A DNA stretch of 64,000 bases, taken from Eledone cirrhosa (taxonomy: Eukaryota). Location: positions 327,236,001 through 327,300,000 of the forward strand of contig OZ024740.1 in NCBI GenBank assembly GCA_964016885.1, read 5' to 3'. Shown one piece after another: positions 1 to 13,740 of this stretch; within the stretch, counting starts at the first letter, position 1; each line of letters opens with the position of its first letter. The notes beneath the pieces were generated by a model. That model did not search any database and was not told the origin of the DNA. It was given only the letters and a program-made list of their open reading frames with translations. The position numbers and the translations under genes are program-made.

Positions 1-433
1 ACTTATAATAAATAAGGAAATAACATCCAAACACAACAACAAAAGAAAGTAATCAACGGAGACCAATTAAAATTATAATTTCATAAATCACTCACGAATT
101 TGTCCAGGCTGGCTGATGGATTAGTGGACCCCTGAGATTACTACTTCCGGTTGCTCAGACGACTTTAACTCATAACCAGTCAATCGGTTATTAAAAGCAA
201 TGATACACTAAATTGGAAAAGAAAACAGAAATAAAAAAAAATATAGAATGAGTTTATAAAAAAATTAAATGGTTACAATAAGAGAAAGATGGTAAATATA
301 TATAGATAGATAGATAAAAAGCTAAATACAGACATGATTTAGCGATGTCTTGAAAACAACCTAGATAATTAAGCGCAATGGATCCTAGAAGCCAATAGCT
401 AAGGATTATATGTATATATATATATATATATAT

Positions 434-835
434 ATTGTTATACTTTGGGGGGTCATCTGCCAATAAAAACACACGCACCAGTTGGTTTTCACTTCAATTT
501 ATTATAAAATCTGGTTTGTTGGTTCAATAATCGGATGGTTGTTTATATATTGTTAAAGCTTTTTCGTCACGCATTCTGTGACCTCTTGGTTGAGTACAGA
601 AGAAAGGAGAGACACAATATGAAATCAGTCACTGAGGTTACAGAATGTGTGACGAAAGAGCTTTAACAATATATAAATAACAATCTAGTTATTGAAACAA
701 CCAACCGGAAATTTATAATAAATTGAAGTGAAAACAAACAGGTGTGTGTGTGTTTTTATTGGTAGCATGACACTCCCGAAGTATAACAATATCTGTTTCA
801 ACACTCGCTATCTGATAAGAAACTTAGCAAAACAC
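434..835. mobile_element. Degenerate fold-back copy of PLE pLTR family B
   Basis: Imperfect inverted repeat (~434-590 vs ~625-790), homologous to the 3' UTR of the PLE at 31232-32920; flanked by (TA)n; hammerhead core damaged in both arms. Confidence 0.75.
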
Positions 836-857
836 ATTAAAAAAACGAAGTGTCTAT

Positions 858-954
<97 letters not shown>

Positions 955-1354
955 TGGATGAATACCTCAACAGGCACTATGTACTTGAAGAAATATGCAA
1001 GGTGTTTATAATATTTGTGGTTCAATGGTACTAATTCGATATATATATATATATATATATTTAAAAGAATAGAGGTGTAACACACAAGTTATGATATATT
1101 GGTAAACGGAAAAGAAAATGCTGACAAATTGTTCACAGTGAAAAATAGTTTAATTAGGAATAAGTGAGAATTAGTAATAGTATTGGTTAGTATTCAGTTT
1201 TGGTTTTAAGTTTTACCGGTTGCGCATTTCTAATGCTTTTCAAAAATAATTTTGAGATAGAGTGTCCGTGATGTTTGCTCTAATATAACGGCGATGAATT
1301 TGTTTTGCGAGAAAAATGGCGTAGACATACAATACAACAGGAGGAACATAATAG

Positions 1355-1389
1355 TACCACTGATGACGTGCAACGAAAGAACTTTGTTA
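1355..1389 (+). ncRNA. Candidate minimal hammerhead ribozyme (family N, weak stems)
   Basis: TACCA-CTGATGA-C-GT(GCA)AC-GAAA-GAAC-TT-TGTTA; stem I has one mismatch, stem II is only 2 bp. Confidence 0.4.
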
Positions 1390-2099
1390 GACTATATATA
1401 GTGTTTATATCTATATTATATCTGTATTTTTTACCGTTGGTCAGTCAATGATAAACATTGAGGACAAAAGGAATTAACTGTGGAGATATAAAAGATACAG
1501 AAGCGAAAACCAACCAGCGATCTAAGATTCGTCACAGCTGTGTGTGAGTGTATCTTTGTATCACTTATGTGAGTGAGCGCGAAGGAACCAACCAACCAAT
1601 CAACAAACAATTATCTCTTTTTTTTTATATTATGTATTCATATTACAATTAACCATTATTTTTGACAGCACGAGGCCATCTAATTTAATTATATTCGTTT
1701 ATATATTTTTTTAAATTTTGTTTCGGAAAACAATACTTATTTATATTTTGTAGAATATATCGAATACTAATAAATTCAGATTGACTTATGAACAATATTT
1801 GAGATATTTAATTCGTTATAAATATATAATTTTGAATATTCGAGAATAATTTGTTTACAATTAAGGACTTCTATATTCATCAGATAGCGGTAAATATTAA
1901 ACGATATTAGATCGTGACTTTGATAAATGATTCAGTAGGTTAACCTAGATCGACCTAAAACGTTGGTCAATAAAATAATGACGTGAGAAACAATAGTAAA
2001 GATAACTTGAAAAATATTATACTTCTTCAGATAATCAATAATCTATAATTTAATAGATAATATATACAATGACACATGCATCGATATATATATATATAT

Positions 2100-2720
2100 A
2101 TAAGTATGTATGTATACGTACATATATGTATACAGACGTACAGTAGTATGTATATGTATACATACATGCACACATATATATATGCACGTATCGGTTTACC
2201 GAACATTTATTATAATGCTCGGTTTGTTTGTTTGTAAACAAACAAACAGCCTGAATTACGCCGTACAGTGTTTAGGCAACCACGTCACCTTTTTGTTCAA
2301 CACTGACACAGGAACGATGTACTAGTTTCAAGCTTATTAGCTATCGTCAGCATCGTATACCTTCCTGCCAGATGGTTGAACGTCTGAAAGTATATACTTT
2401 CCTCATGCATATTAACGGCTGAGCAGCCTAATTTGCATATTGAGTCAGTTCAGTCGGCCGGGCACACCGAAAACGATAAATGGAATAGAATGAAACGAAA
2501 TTTCATTTCTCACTCTTAGTACGGCACTTACATAAATGTAAGTATGTATGTATACGTACATACATATATGTATACAGACGTACAGTAGTATGTATATATA
2601 TACATACATGCACACATATATATATGCACGTATCGGTTTACCGAACATTTATTATAATGCTCAGTTTGTTTGTTTGTTTGTTATAATGCTCGGGCTGTTT
2701 GTTTGCAAACAAACAATAAA
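2100..2720 (-). mobile_element. Non-autonomous hammerhead element family A, partial head-to-tail tandem
   Basis: 2100-2235 is repeated at ~2538-2675; homologous to 3636-3990 and 45925-46508. Confidence 0.8.
2314..2356 (-). ncRNA. Type I minimal hammerhead ribozyme (family A)
   Basis: ACGATG-CTGACGA-T-AGCT(AATA)AGCT-T-GAA-ACTAGT-A-CATCGT; palindromic stem III ACTAGT, GUA cleavage triplet. Confidence 0.85.
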
Positions 2721-2749
2721 ATAGAAAGTTTGTTTTATAAATAGAGAAA

Positions 2750-3085
2750 CCGATATTGTTATACTTTGGGAGCCTCATGTTGACAATAAGAAACACACGC
2801 ACCAGTTGCTTTCACTTCAATTTATTATAAATTTCCGGTTGGTTGGTTTCACAACCGGATGGTTATTCTTATATTGTCAAAGTTCTTTCGTCACACATTC
2901 TGTGACCTCTTCAGTGACTGGGGATTCTTTTCTTTGTTTTGTGCCTTTCCTTTGTTCTGTCCTACGCCATCTTGTTTTTGTGTTCTGTGCTTAGTTTGGG
3001 CATGTGTTACATCCGGGTGTCTGTGTGTGTTTTTATTTGTTTATTAATTAGTTTATTTACAAACAAATAAAAACACGCCCAGAGA
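2750..3085 (-). mobile_element. PLE pLTR fragment family B
   Basis: Near-identical to 31232-31600; short terminal inversion at ~3050-3085. Confidence 0.8.
2876..2918 (-). ncRNA. Type I minimal hammerhead ribozyme (family B)
   Basis: GTCA-CTGAAGA-G-GTCAC(AGAATGT)GTGAC-GAA-AGAACT-T-TGAC. Confidence 0.75.
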
Positions 3086-3530
3086 TGTATGTATGTGTGT
3101 ATGTGTGTATATATATATGTATCTTATGTATGCATGTGTGCATATATGTATGAATGTGTATATGTATGAATGCGTATGTATATGTATGAATGCGGACAAA
3201 TGTTCATATTGATCATATGGGAGGTAATCTCGAAAGATATTGATATTTATATGTGCACCTGGACGTTATTCTGTACATGTGTGTTTGTGTGTGCCTGATT
3301 ATACAATGGGCGTCTTTTCTCTATTATCTTAGAATGTATAAACGTTCCATAATCTATTATTAAATACACCGAGATTTGCTATTTTGAACGAATAAAGGAA
3401 TATAGAGAATTGCGTTATTTATTTATTCCATCTCCTCCAATGACAACTCATGCACTTCTGCTTTCACACATACTGACCTTCTTCGCCAGTATGCTACACC
3501 TCTTTCTTCGGGATTCGTGCAACACCTTAC

Positions 3531-4073
<543 letters not shown>

Positions 4074-4291
4074 TATTTTCTCACGAGTCAGTTCTTTCGT
4101 TGCTACGGACCCCGGCTGAATTACCGGTCGCTGTCCTCATTTTTCAAAGCCCTTTAAACTGTATGTTATTACTCTGAGGTCCTACACCTTGTCGAGTGCT
4201 TGGCTGCACTGCTGAAAGCATTCGTCGGCTTAGCTCAGGCTCTGGCTTCGAATATGCTGTACTTCCAGTTGTACGTATATATATATATATA

Positions 4292-4624
4292 TGAGGGTGT
4301 TAAAGTTTGCTTGAAGCATTGTGAAATGTGTAAAATACGTAGTTAAGAAAGCCACAACAATGCAGAGGGGAATCTCGAGGTAGGAAGTGAATGATAGATA
4401 GGAGAAACAGGTGAAAGTGAAAATTGAGAGAGACAAAGATGAAAACAAAACAAAAGTAGAAGGGTTACCAAAAAATCTCCACTACGGTAACCCTTCTACC
4501 TTTGTTTTGTTTTCATCTTTGTCTCTCTCAATTTTCACTTTCACCTGTTTCTCCTATCTATCATTCACTTCCTACCTCGAGATTCCCCTCTGCATTGTTG
4601 TGGCTTTCTTAACTACGTATTTTA
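4292..4624. repeat. Near-perfect hairpin element (~140 bp arms) in (TA)n, PLE-pLTR-like
   Basis: 4331-4468 is the reverse complement of ~4487-4624; TA repeats on both sides; no hammerhead core seen. Confidence 0.75.
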
Positions 4625-4698
4625 TATATATATATATATACGTACATATGCATACATACATAAATACGTGGAACACACAGACACACAGACACACACAC

Positions 4699-4760
<62 letters not shown>

Positions 4761-5109
4761 TATACTTGATCAGGAGTAGCGCTAAAATAGCCTGGTTCAT
4801 AATAGAGTTGTATGTGAAAGCATACACGATATGTTTATATATAATAGACAGCTGTTTTGGATTCTTATTCGTCATCTATATGGTATTTGCGTATGAAACA
4901 TCAGCTGGAGATGTTCATTTGCATATAGTGTAAACTTAACTGATTTAAAAGGAGGTTGTTAGAAGGGGCGCTAACAGTTCTGTTTACATGCCAACGCAAG
5001 AGCAGTAATGAGGGACTCATTCTACTGACATGGCTTTAAAAAAGAGGCTCTTCGCATAATTGCAAACGAATCGATTATTATTATTCGAAAAACTCAGATT
5101 ACACACACT

Positions 5110-5151
<42 letters not shown>

Positions 5152-5153
<2 letters not shown>

Positions 5154-5330
5154 TTTTAATATAGATGAGATTCTACAGGACTAGAACTGTTTCATTCTTT
5201 AGAAATCATCATGATTTCTAAAGAATGAAACAGTTCTAGTCCTGTAGAATCTCATCTATATTAAAACTGTTATACTCTGCTATTTCGCTCTACATGGCTG
5301 AATACAATAAATGTAATCTGAGTTTTTTAA
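5152..5330 (+). mobile_element. Fold-back element family J with half hammerhead
   Basis: Perfect palindrome 5152-5268 centred on 5210; arm reads ATGA-T-TTC(TAAA)GAA-T-GAA-ACAG(TTCTAGTC)CTGT-A; related copy at 38156-38236. Confidence 0.7.
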
Positions 5331-5337
5331 TGTTAAT

Positions 5338-5515
5338 AATTGTTTCTACTTTAGGCACAAGGCCAGCAATTAACCAGTATATTACTGGTACTTCATTTTA
5401 TCGACCCCGTAAGGATGAAAGGCAAAGTCAACCTCGGCGGGATTTGAACTCAGATCGTAAAGGGACGTAACTATGCTGGAAAGCATGGCGTCCGACCCTC
5501 TACCGATACTGCCAA
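5338..5515 (-). mobile_element. tRNA-derived SINE with Nin-like central domain
   Basis: A box TGGCAGTATCGG, B box GAGTTCAAATCC, central GCCTTTCATCCTTACGGGGTCGATAAAAT, tail GGCCTTGTGCCTAAAGTAGAAACAATT; many copies in the window. Confidence 0.85.
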
Positions 5516-5757
5516 ATTCGATTCGTTTGCAATTATGCAAAGAAGCCTCAATTTTATAGCCATGTTAGTAGAATGAACTCTTCATTCTGCTCTTGTGTTC
5601 GCATGCCAACAATTGATGTCTAAATTCCAAATAAAAAGTATTATTTGTATGTTGAAAACCGGCTCTCTATATTGGTGAAGATTAGAAAAATAATAAAACC
5701 ATACATATTTATATATGCATACTTGCATAGATACAGACTTATACACACACATACAAA

Positions 5758-5808
<51 letters not shown>

Positions 5809-5866
5809 GCATATATATATATATATATACATACATGTATATGTATATATATATATATATATATAT

Positions 5867-5906
<40 letters not shown>

Positions 5907-5911
5907 TTGTG

Positions 5912-5973
<62 letters not shown>

Positions 5974-6176
5974 GGTAAACATTGATGCAATTAAATTCAA
6001 GCACTCAACGTACTTTTTCCACATAGGAGTAACGGAGTAAATATCGAATAAAGAAAAGCGAAGTAGTTTCAGATGTTCAAATCCTTTAATAATAATTGTT
6101 TCTACTTTAGGCACAAGGCCATCAATTACTCAGTGCGTTACTGGTACTTTATTTTATCGACCCCTTTAATAATAAT

Positions 6177-6250
6177 GCTGTGATATATATTTCAGTGACG
6201 ACACTGGCCACACTGTTCTGTGTGCGAGTGTCGTGTCATCATCAGACAGC
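6177..6250 (-). ncRNA. Type I hammerhead ribozyme (family C)
   Basis: GCTGT-CTGATGA-long stem II (ACGACACT..CACAC/GTGTG..AGTGTCGT)-GAA-ATATATAT-C-ACAGC. Confidence 0.8.
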
Positions 6251-7127
6251 TTGTTACATAATAAGGTTATGTTTCCGAGGCAATCCAAATTGGATCGACA
6301 AGGGAACGGAAGAATTGCGTGTTTTGGGGTTTTTCATCCGCTCCCTTGTGAGTACCAATTCACCCCCACCGGCCTGCGCAAGCGCATGTCCGAAGGAAGT
6401 TGACCATTCGCCACCGCTGACTTCAACGAAATTTTCTTAGTCAGTTCACCCCGTCATCCAAAACAATGGCCCACCAATGCCTGTACCATATTTTACTGCT
6501 ACCCATCACGGCTGTGGCAGTCAGCCGAAAGCCAGAGGGGATGGGAGACTGACCATCACCTTATAAGGGAAAATAAACTTATTCTAGATATCAGAAGTTA
6601 AGAGTGAGAGTTGGAAATAAAAATTAAAATCCTAAATCAAATATCAGAAATTATAAATTAAATAATTAAGAAATTAACAGTTAGAAATTAAAGAATTAAA
6701 AAAAGGAATTAAAAAAAGGATTTAAAAAAATTCTTTTCAGGTGATAATTCGGATTGAGGTGAGTAAATAATATGGAGAGAGATGTTTAAGTAATATTTTC
6801 TGAGAGGGATTCTAGTGTCACAGTTACTCTATCGACATATTGAACGACAGTGTCGTACATTATAACTACAGGGCTCCCGGCATTAGTGGATCTGGTACAC
6901 AGTCCTATTTTCCATCACATGGAACAAAATCAAAGAAAAACAGACATAAAGTACACAAAAGAAAAGAACAGAACCAATCGTGAATAAATGCAAAATCACA
7001 GAGTACATTGGGGGTGAAGTGGTACTCACAAGGGAGCGGATGAAAAACCCCAAAAACACGCAATTCATCCGTTCCCTTGTCGATCCAATTTGGATTGCCT
7101 CAGAAACATAACCTTATTATGTAACAA

Positions 7128-7201
7128 GCTGTCTGAAGATGACACGACACTCGCACACAGAACAGTGTGGCCAGTGTCGTCACTGAAATATATATCACAG
7201 C
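7128..7201 (+). ncRNA. Type I hammerhead ribozyme (family C)
   Basis: Same fold as 6177-6250, with CTGAAGA (differs at the free N7 position); AUC triplet. Confidence 0.8.
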
Positions 7202-7353
7202 ATTCCCGCCGAGGTTAACTTTGCCTTTCATCCTTACGGGGTCGATAAAATAAAGTACCAGTAATGCACTGGATAATTGCTGGCCTTGTGCCAAAAGTAG
7301 AAACAATTATTAAAGGATTTGAACATCTGAAACTACTTCGCTTTTCCTTATTC

Positions 7354-7446
<93 letters not shown>

Positions 7447-7450
<4 letters not shown>

Positions 7451-7550
7451 GGTAAACAGAAATAGCAACACAATCGGTACAGAATATGGAAGGAATATAT
7501 TAGGTTAACGCTTGAAATAGCAGGAAGATGGTCTTAACGTTTCGGAACGC
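7447..7550 (-). mobile_element. 3' end of PLE family E, truncated inside the hammerhead
   Basis: Homologous to 30007-30110; retains only CCGAAACGTTAAGACC. Confidence 0.7.
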
Positions 7551-7559
7551 ATACATATT

Positions 7560-8130
7560 CCTTTACTTATTTTTTCAAGTCTGGTTCTTTTTGTCGTCTC
7601 ACTAAGTTACTGGGCATAAACACAGACACATGCACCAACTTAAACATAGAGGGTCACACACACATTTGTATTAATTTCATTATACCCATAACGGTTACCT
7701 ACCCACATTTGTGTATTTCATTAATTTGTAGCAATGTTCCTGATCCATACCGCTATGGAGATATTTTGTCTTTTTTTTGTCCAACGTGCATTATGTTTTC
7801 ATCCCGAATAGATATCCGTCTTTATATACTATTGATGAACTGGAGGTGAATAGTCCTATCTTATGAAGTGTCCGAAACTATAGTGATCCCCAGAAGACAG
7901 CTGTAGAATGGGATGTGTCCATGTGCTTGTTTCCATCGAGCTTTCTGTTTCCTGTGTATGTCCCACGTGCTTTTTTATGATATGTATATAAATATACGTA
8001 CTTAACAAAAACAATTGCAGCTTGTAGAATTATTAATCTTAGAGTCATAGTAATCCCCGTTGTCCAGTACATAACAGATATGTGGGTCAATTCGCGTAGG
8101 CGATATTGTCCACTTTCTCCGTCTTATATC
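7560..8130 (-). pseudogene. Highly decayed R4/Dong-like RT fragment (tentative)
   Basis: Remnants such as KKRQNISIAVWI (compare KNLSIARIDY in the Dong copy at 54244) and WTTGIT; multiple disruptions. Confidence 0.35.
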
Positions 8131-9299
8131 GTGATTGTAAATGTATTAAGCTTATCACATATGAATCTTTAAAGGTCTTAAGTGTTTATCATATACATAT
8201 ATACTGTATATATATAATTTGTGTTTCTCTTACGTTTTCTAAACAATATTTATTGGTAACCACACAGCGCCTTTGTCACTTTTAATTCTTATTAATGTAT
8301 TGCTGTGACCTCCTCTCGCTTCTTTGTTGTTAATTTGTTTTGAACTGCCATTTTGGATTAACTCTTTTCCTTCCTCCTTTCTCCCTCTTTCTTTCTCCCC
8401 CTCTCTCTCTCTCTCTCTCTCTCTCTCCCACTCACTTATTACTTCTCTCTCTCTCCCACTCACTTATTCTCTTTCTCTTTTACCATCTATCTCCTTTCTC
8501 CCCCTCTCTCACTGTTCCCTTACCACACCCACTCCCCTCTCTCACTTCCGTTTTCCTTCGGCTTTGCGCCTGTTGTCGCTATGATCAGACGTTTTTCTCT
8601 TCGCTCTCCCTCGTGCTGTTAATACGGGTTCAGGACTTACGTTCGGTCTCCTATTTTAAAACTTATTCCTCTCTCCCATTGGTTACTGCAACTTACATGT
8701 ACTACTATCTCGCGTTTTCCCCTCTCTATCGGTATGTTTGCCTTCTGTTTATTTTATTTTTCTGTCGTTCTCTTCGGTATATCCTCCGAAATATGGTAGG
8801 AAGTCGATAAATAAAACAAATACAGAACAATTTAACTTCTTTATCGTTCCTTAAAATTTACTGAGAACTTAATGCATTTACTGTGTCATCGGATTTTTTT
8901 CCTATGAGATATTAGGCGGTGACTGTCAACTATTGTATGAACCTATTTGAAAAAAAAATGTTTCTCACTTTCACTCACTCTCACTCACTCTCCTTCTATT
9001 ACACACACTCTCCCTTTCTTTCTTTCTCTCTCTCTCTTTCTTTCTCTCTTTCTCTCTCTGACTCTTTCTCGCTTTCTCTCTCTCTTTCTCTCTTCCCCCT
9101 ATGTCTCTCTTCCTCTCTTTTCTCTCTCTCTCCTCCTCTCCCACTGTTTCTCTCTCAGACCAATGGGCAACACAGAAACTTCTGTCCATGCCATAAACCT
9201 TTATGCAGATTAATTAAAACCTATACTGAAAACAAGGAGAGGCCAGTTCTTTTACTCAATTTTGGTTTATATGAATAATATTTACATACTACATTAGCA

Positions 9300-10050
9300 C
9301 AGAATATGACCTCCTTGCATTTTGGGGAACATATTGATGCATTTCCGCATTAAATTCACTGATTGTCTTGGTGGGTTGTATGGCTCTGTACTAAATAATC
9401 CATTTTGGCTTGTGAAAAGACAACTCTGACTAAAGCTATGAAAACCAAACTTTAAAATGGAAAGTGAAATGGAAAGAACTGGACTCAGGATAACTGGAAA
9501 AAAGTCATTTTCAGCGGTGCAAGGAACAGAGAAGCCAGCATATTTCGAGGTCACCAAATAAAAAGATCATCGTTTAGAGCATGAAACTCACAGGAGAAAA
9601 TGTTTTAGGGATGCTTCAGCTATTATGGTCTTGAAAGCTTTTACCCAGTCGAGGTTGAGATGTGCTCACCACAATATATTGAAATTCTACGAAGAAAAGT
9701 CGTAGCAGAATTGAATAGGTTGTTTCCCAATGGATTCAATGTTTTTAAGCAGGGTTTCACTCCGGGTTTTCAGCAGGGTTTCACATCAAAACTGATAACG
9801 AATATTTTTTACGATAATCATATGTGCATGTAAGGATGGAACTGAAAACTCCCCTGATCTAATCCCCATTGAAAAATTGCCTTTATAGAATTCATTACAC
9901 AACAATGGTGAAACTGAATGAAGCCATAATTCAGGCCTAGTACAGAACCCCTCCTTCAACATTCCTTTCCCATAATTCCCCCCTCTTTGCAATGATGTTC
10001 AGAATTAATGGAATAGATGCAAAACGGCATCAATATGGTTTACAAGTCTC
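9300..10050 (+). pseudogene. Decayed Tc1/mariner transposase
   Basis: Manual translation gives WTQDNWKKVIFSG (~9480), MF*GCFSYYG (~9600), QYIEILRRKVVAEL..FPNG and NSPDL.PIE (~9850): Tc1 DDE-domain motifs with stops and frameshifts. Confidence 0.75.
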
Positions 10051-10207
10051 GAGAAAGTCATATACACTAATATATATATATATATATGCGTGTATAATAA
10101 TAATAAATTTGAAGACTAATATTTAATAAATATATATATATATATATCAGTGTGTGTGTATGTGTGTGTGTGTGGGGGGGTTCTATATATATATATATAT
10201 ATGTGTG

Positions 10208-10285
<78 letters not shown>

Positions 10286-10684
10286 TATATATGTGTGTGT
10301 GTATTTGTGTGTGAGGGTGTGCGTTTCTGTATATATATGTGACAAAAGATTTGTTAGTTGAAACAGGCGTAGTCTTTACCGAATAGAATACATTTGATAT
10401 ATAACGTATACAATGTAATGTTGTTTTTTGGTTATAATCGATATTTACAGCATGGTTATGCTGTTTCGTTAATAATAGAAACACTTATTATATATATATA
10501 ATGTAGAAGAATATACATTTCTATAGGAGTATAGATACAAGTATAGAGTTAATAATGGTTTCTTATATAGGCACAAGGCCAGCAAGGTATAGAGTTAATA
10601 ATACCAACAGATTCAGAGCCTATTAAAATCATATATGGGAAAAGCAAACAAGATAAGAAAAAATCTTTACTTACTCATTTTAAT

Positions 10685-10762
10685 GTCCCTACTGCAGTTT
10701 CATTGAGAACATAACGATACTCCGAGTAGAGTAACGCGAGAAATCTCAAATCATCAGGAGAC
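10685..10762 (-). ncRNA. Type I hammerhead ribozyme (family D)
   Basis: GTCTC-CTGATGA-T-TTGAGA...TCTCAA-T-GAA-ACTGCAGT-A-GGGAC; the partner copy 11247-11324(+) has GAAA>TAAA. Confidence 0.8.
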
Positions 10763-10872
10763 TGATTTTCTTTCATAGAATCAAACTTAGTATTAGTTGG
10801 AAGCGCTGTATGTATCTATACTTATATCTATACTCGTGTAGAAATATATATACATCTTCATTTAATATATAA

Positions 10873-11055
10873 TTGTTTCTACTTGTTTGGCACAAGGCCA
10901 GCAATTACCCAGTACATTACTGGTACTTTATTTTATCGACCCCGTAAGGATGAAAGGCAAAGTGAACCTCGTCGGGATTTGAACTCAGACCGAAAAGGGA
11001 CGTAACTATGCTGGAAAGCATGGCGTCTGACACTCTACCGATACTGCCAATCTAC
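10873..11055 (-). mobile_element. tRNA-derived Nin-like SINE
   Basis: Full copy near-identical to 5338-5515. Confidence 0.85.
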
Positions 11056-11745
11056 CACAATCCCATATGGTAGAGTCAAAATTTGGCCGAATCGAACTAC
11101 TTTCTAGTAGCACGTAGTCTGCCATTGTCCACATTTACTACCCTCCTGTTGGTCACTTGTCACGTGATAATTCTTCCATTCGAAATTTTCCCTGACAGCG
11201 AATGGCTGGGAATTCTTGTCTTGAATTTTATTTCTGGACTGAGAAAGTCTCCTGATGATTTGAGATTACTCGCGATATTCTACTCGGAGTATCGTTATTT
11301 TCTCAATTAAACTGCAGTAGGGATATTAAAGTACGTAAAGATTTTTTTCTTATATTGTTTGCTTTTCCCATATATATATATATTTATTATAAGAACAGAT
11401 TAAAGTTTAAGCAAAGAATCGCTGCTTTCACCCATAACGGGATCTTCTGAAATTTAAAAAAATCAATCTGTGGGCGCAGAAGTAAATATTTCGAAAATCC
11501 TTACAATCGAAGGAAAATAGGAAGACGATACTTTGGTTCGTGATGGTGTTCCTTGGCAATCAACGGGAAAAAAGCGGGGATAATTACGTCGTTATCTGGA
11601 GCGAGAAGAACGATTTCTTGCAAAGACAAAAACACTTTCATGGTATAAATGGAGTCGTTCGAATAATAAATATTCTATTTACAATAAGAGCACTCTTTAG
11701 ACTTTAAACCAACGGATTTTAGTCTTCACATTTATTATTATTACT

Positions 11746-11819
<74 letters not shown>

Positions 11820-12499
11820 GGGCACACACACACACACATATACAATGATCTTCCCTATGTGTTTACACAAACAAAATGCTCAATCTGCATTAATGAATGT
11901 TATTATACATAGATATCTTGTTAGAGAGAAGATATCTATTTATTATCCCTCACCAGCAGGTGTTTCCCGTAGTCATCTGACTTAAGCTAGTTTTGTAAAT
12001 TTGACTGATACATTGAATTCATGGACACAAATACGAAAATGAATGACTAAGTAAATAGATGAATGAAAACTCTAAATTCCGATAACTATTTCTTCTTTTT
12101 TTCTCTTGCCAACAATCCAAATATTTACAAAAACACATGATCTGCCAAGAAAACAAAATTAATTAGTTTTAGTAACATAACACAACATAAAATAACATAG
12201 AAAAGATACGGATATAAAATGTAAACTAGAGTATAAAAATAACGAATAACAAAATATGAAATAAAAGGAACTACAAACGGTGTAGAGCTGTTTTGTTCAA
12301 TCATGGTTAGAAAGTCGACCAAATAACGATCTAGCAACAAACGATGAAATGGCCAAAGTGAATGGATTGGAGAAATAACTTACTACGGATTGTGGATCGT
12401 GTTCTACTAGCTAACCTGTTTATTGTTTTATATGTTATCTTTATGGCTTAGTGAGATGAAAAGAACTATGCTAATGACTTTCACTATATCTGACCAGCG

Positions 12500-13670
12500 T
12501 GAAATTAATGCAGTTTGTATTCAACCATTCAACAAGACCATACAATGTTTGTTGAAAAATATGTAGGTGTTGAATGAATTCTTGACTATTGATGTTTTGA
12601 GGTGTAAGGATTAGGAGAAGTAGTTAGTGCAAGCCTGTGTGGTGGGGTGAAATGACGGGTGAACGAGTACTGGAGGCGCAGTTATATGTGAATGGAAGAT
12701 CGGTATGTTGTTGAAGTGTGTATGGTATAGGTGGAGGTAGTATACATGCAACAAACTAGTTTAAAAGAGCAAATGGCCCTTACAGTAGTGGTAGAATAAG
12801 CAAAATGATAATGAGAAGCAGAATAAAATATGTCAATGGATTAGAGGCTCTACGGCGTTGATGAGTGAGTCTTTGCCAGTCAGTCGGATGCCTTTGGTTT
12901 GGATATGGTCTAGGATTTTTGTGTTTGTTGCAGCAAATACACCATAGTGGGTTATACTTTTCTGTTATAGAAAATCAGCAATAAATTGTATACTTTCTGT
13001 CTTGAATTTTTTGCGACCAAGATATTATACTATGTATTGTCTACTGTCAGTTTGCAAAAGAAAAACAATTCACTGCTCCATGCAGTGGTTGGCTCGTGTG
13101 TTTATACGTTGGAAAGGTCAAACTTCTACATACAAAGCACGAAGAGAAACGTCTCCAGTTGTGGTCTTGTGACCCAATAGATTGTGTAACTCAGTGCTCA
13201 TCAAACTGGGAGATAACGCCCACAGAGAGATGAGTTAAGACTTCGTGTGGGCAGTAGAAATCTATCTGCCAAGGATTATACATAGGCAGTTACATATTTC
13301 CTGTATATTTCACTCGTTCCCGGTATATAATGCTATGCCAGTAACGGCCAATGATATGAGGATCAGCTGAATTGTTCATAGGTTCACAATAAAGGAGTGA
13401 TGCTAGAGCTGTTTCTTTCCAGAGACTATGTGGAAAAATAAACCGCCTTTGGTCATTCCATGAGAGTATCTTGGTCAGCCTAAGAATTTTTCTGCCGACC
13501 CTCGTTCCACCTGATAGGTAACCTCGAACATTTGTTTGCTAATTTTCTAAACCTGTTTGAAACTGTTCCAAACAAGTCTGGATCAACTCCCTGTCTGAAT
13601 CTTAGCAGATCAAACGACACACGGAATTCTGGCTGAGAATGTTGTTTTTACGTTATACACGCAAACTTAC
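12500..13670 (-). pseudogene. Decayed CR1/L2-like LINE 3' region
   Basis: Minus-strand remnant ILDHIQTKGIRLTGKDSLINAVEPL resembles the post-RT region of CR1-group elements; no open frame. Confidence 0.45.
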
Positions 13671-13740
13671 AGAAATGTTTTCATGGAATGTCATGTATGT
13701 ATGTATGTATGTATGTATGTATGTATGTATGTATGTATGT

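Larger units (their letters stand above)
4985..5605. repeat. Diverged ~110 bp inverted repeat pair enclosing younger insertions
   Basis: 4985-5093 vs 5517-5605 (ataattgcaaacgaatcga / tcgattcgtttgcaattat). Confidence 0.65.
6045..7355. mobile_element. Composite tail-to-tail element family C (hammerhead pLTR + SINE 3' part + flank in both arms)
   Basis: 6177-6370 is inverted at ~7010-7204; 6045-6164 is inverted at ~7238-7355. Confidence 0.8.
10632..11374. mobile_element. Tail-to-tail element family D with a nested SINE
   Basis: 10632-10765 is inverted at 11245-11374; a hammerhead in each arm. Confidence 0.75.

Noticed and set aside
1870-2035. CTGATGA/CTGAAGA words and AAAACGTTGGTCAATAAA
   Set aside because: Could not be closed into a fold with an intact core; at most old relics.
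5440-5515. tRNA gene
   Set aside because: The A and B boxes belong to a multicopy SINE head; no complete cloverleaf.
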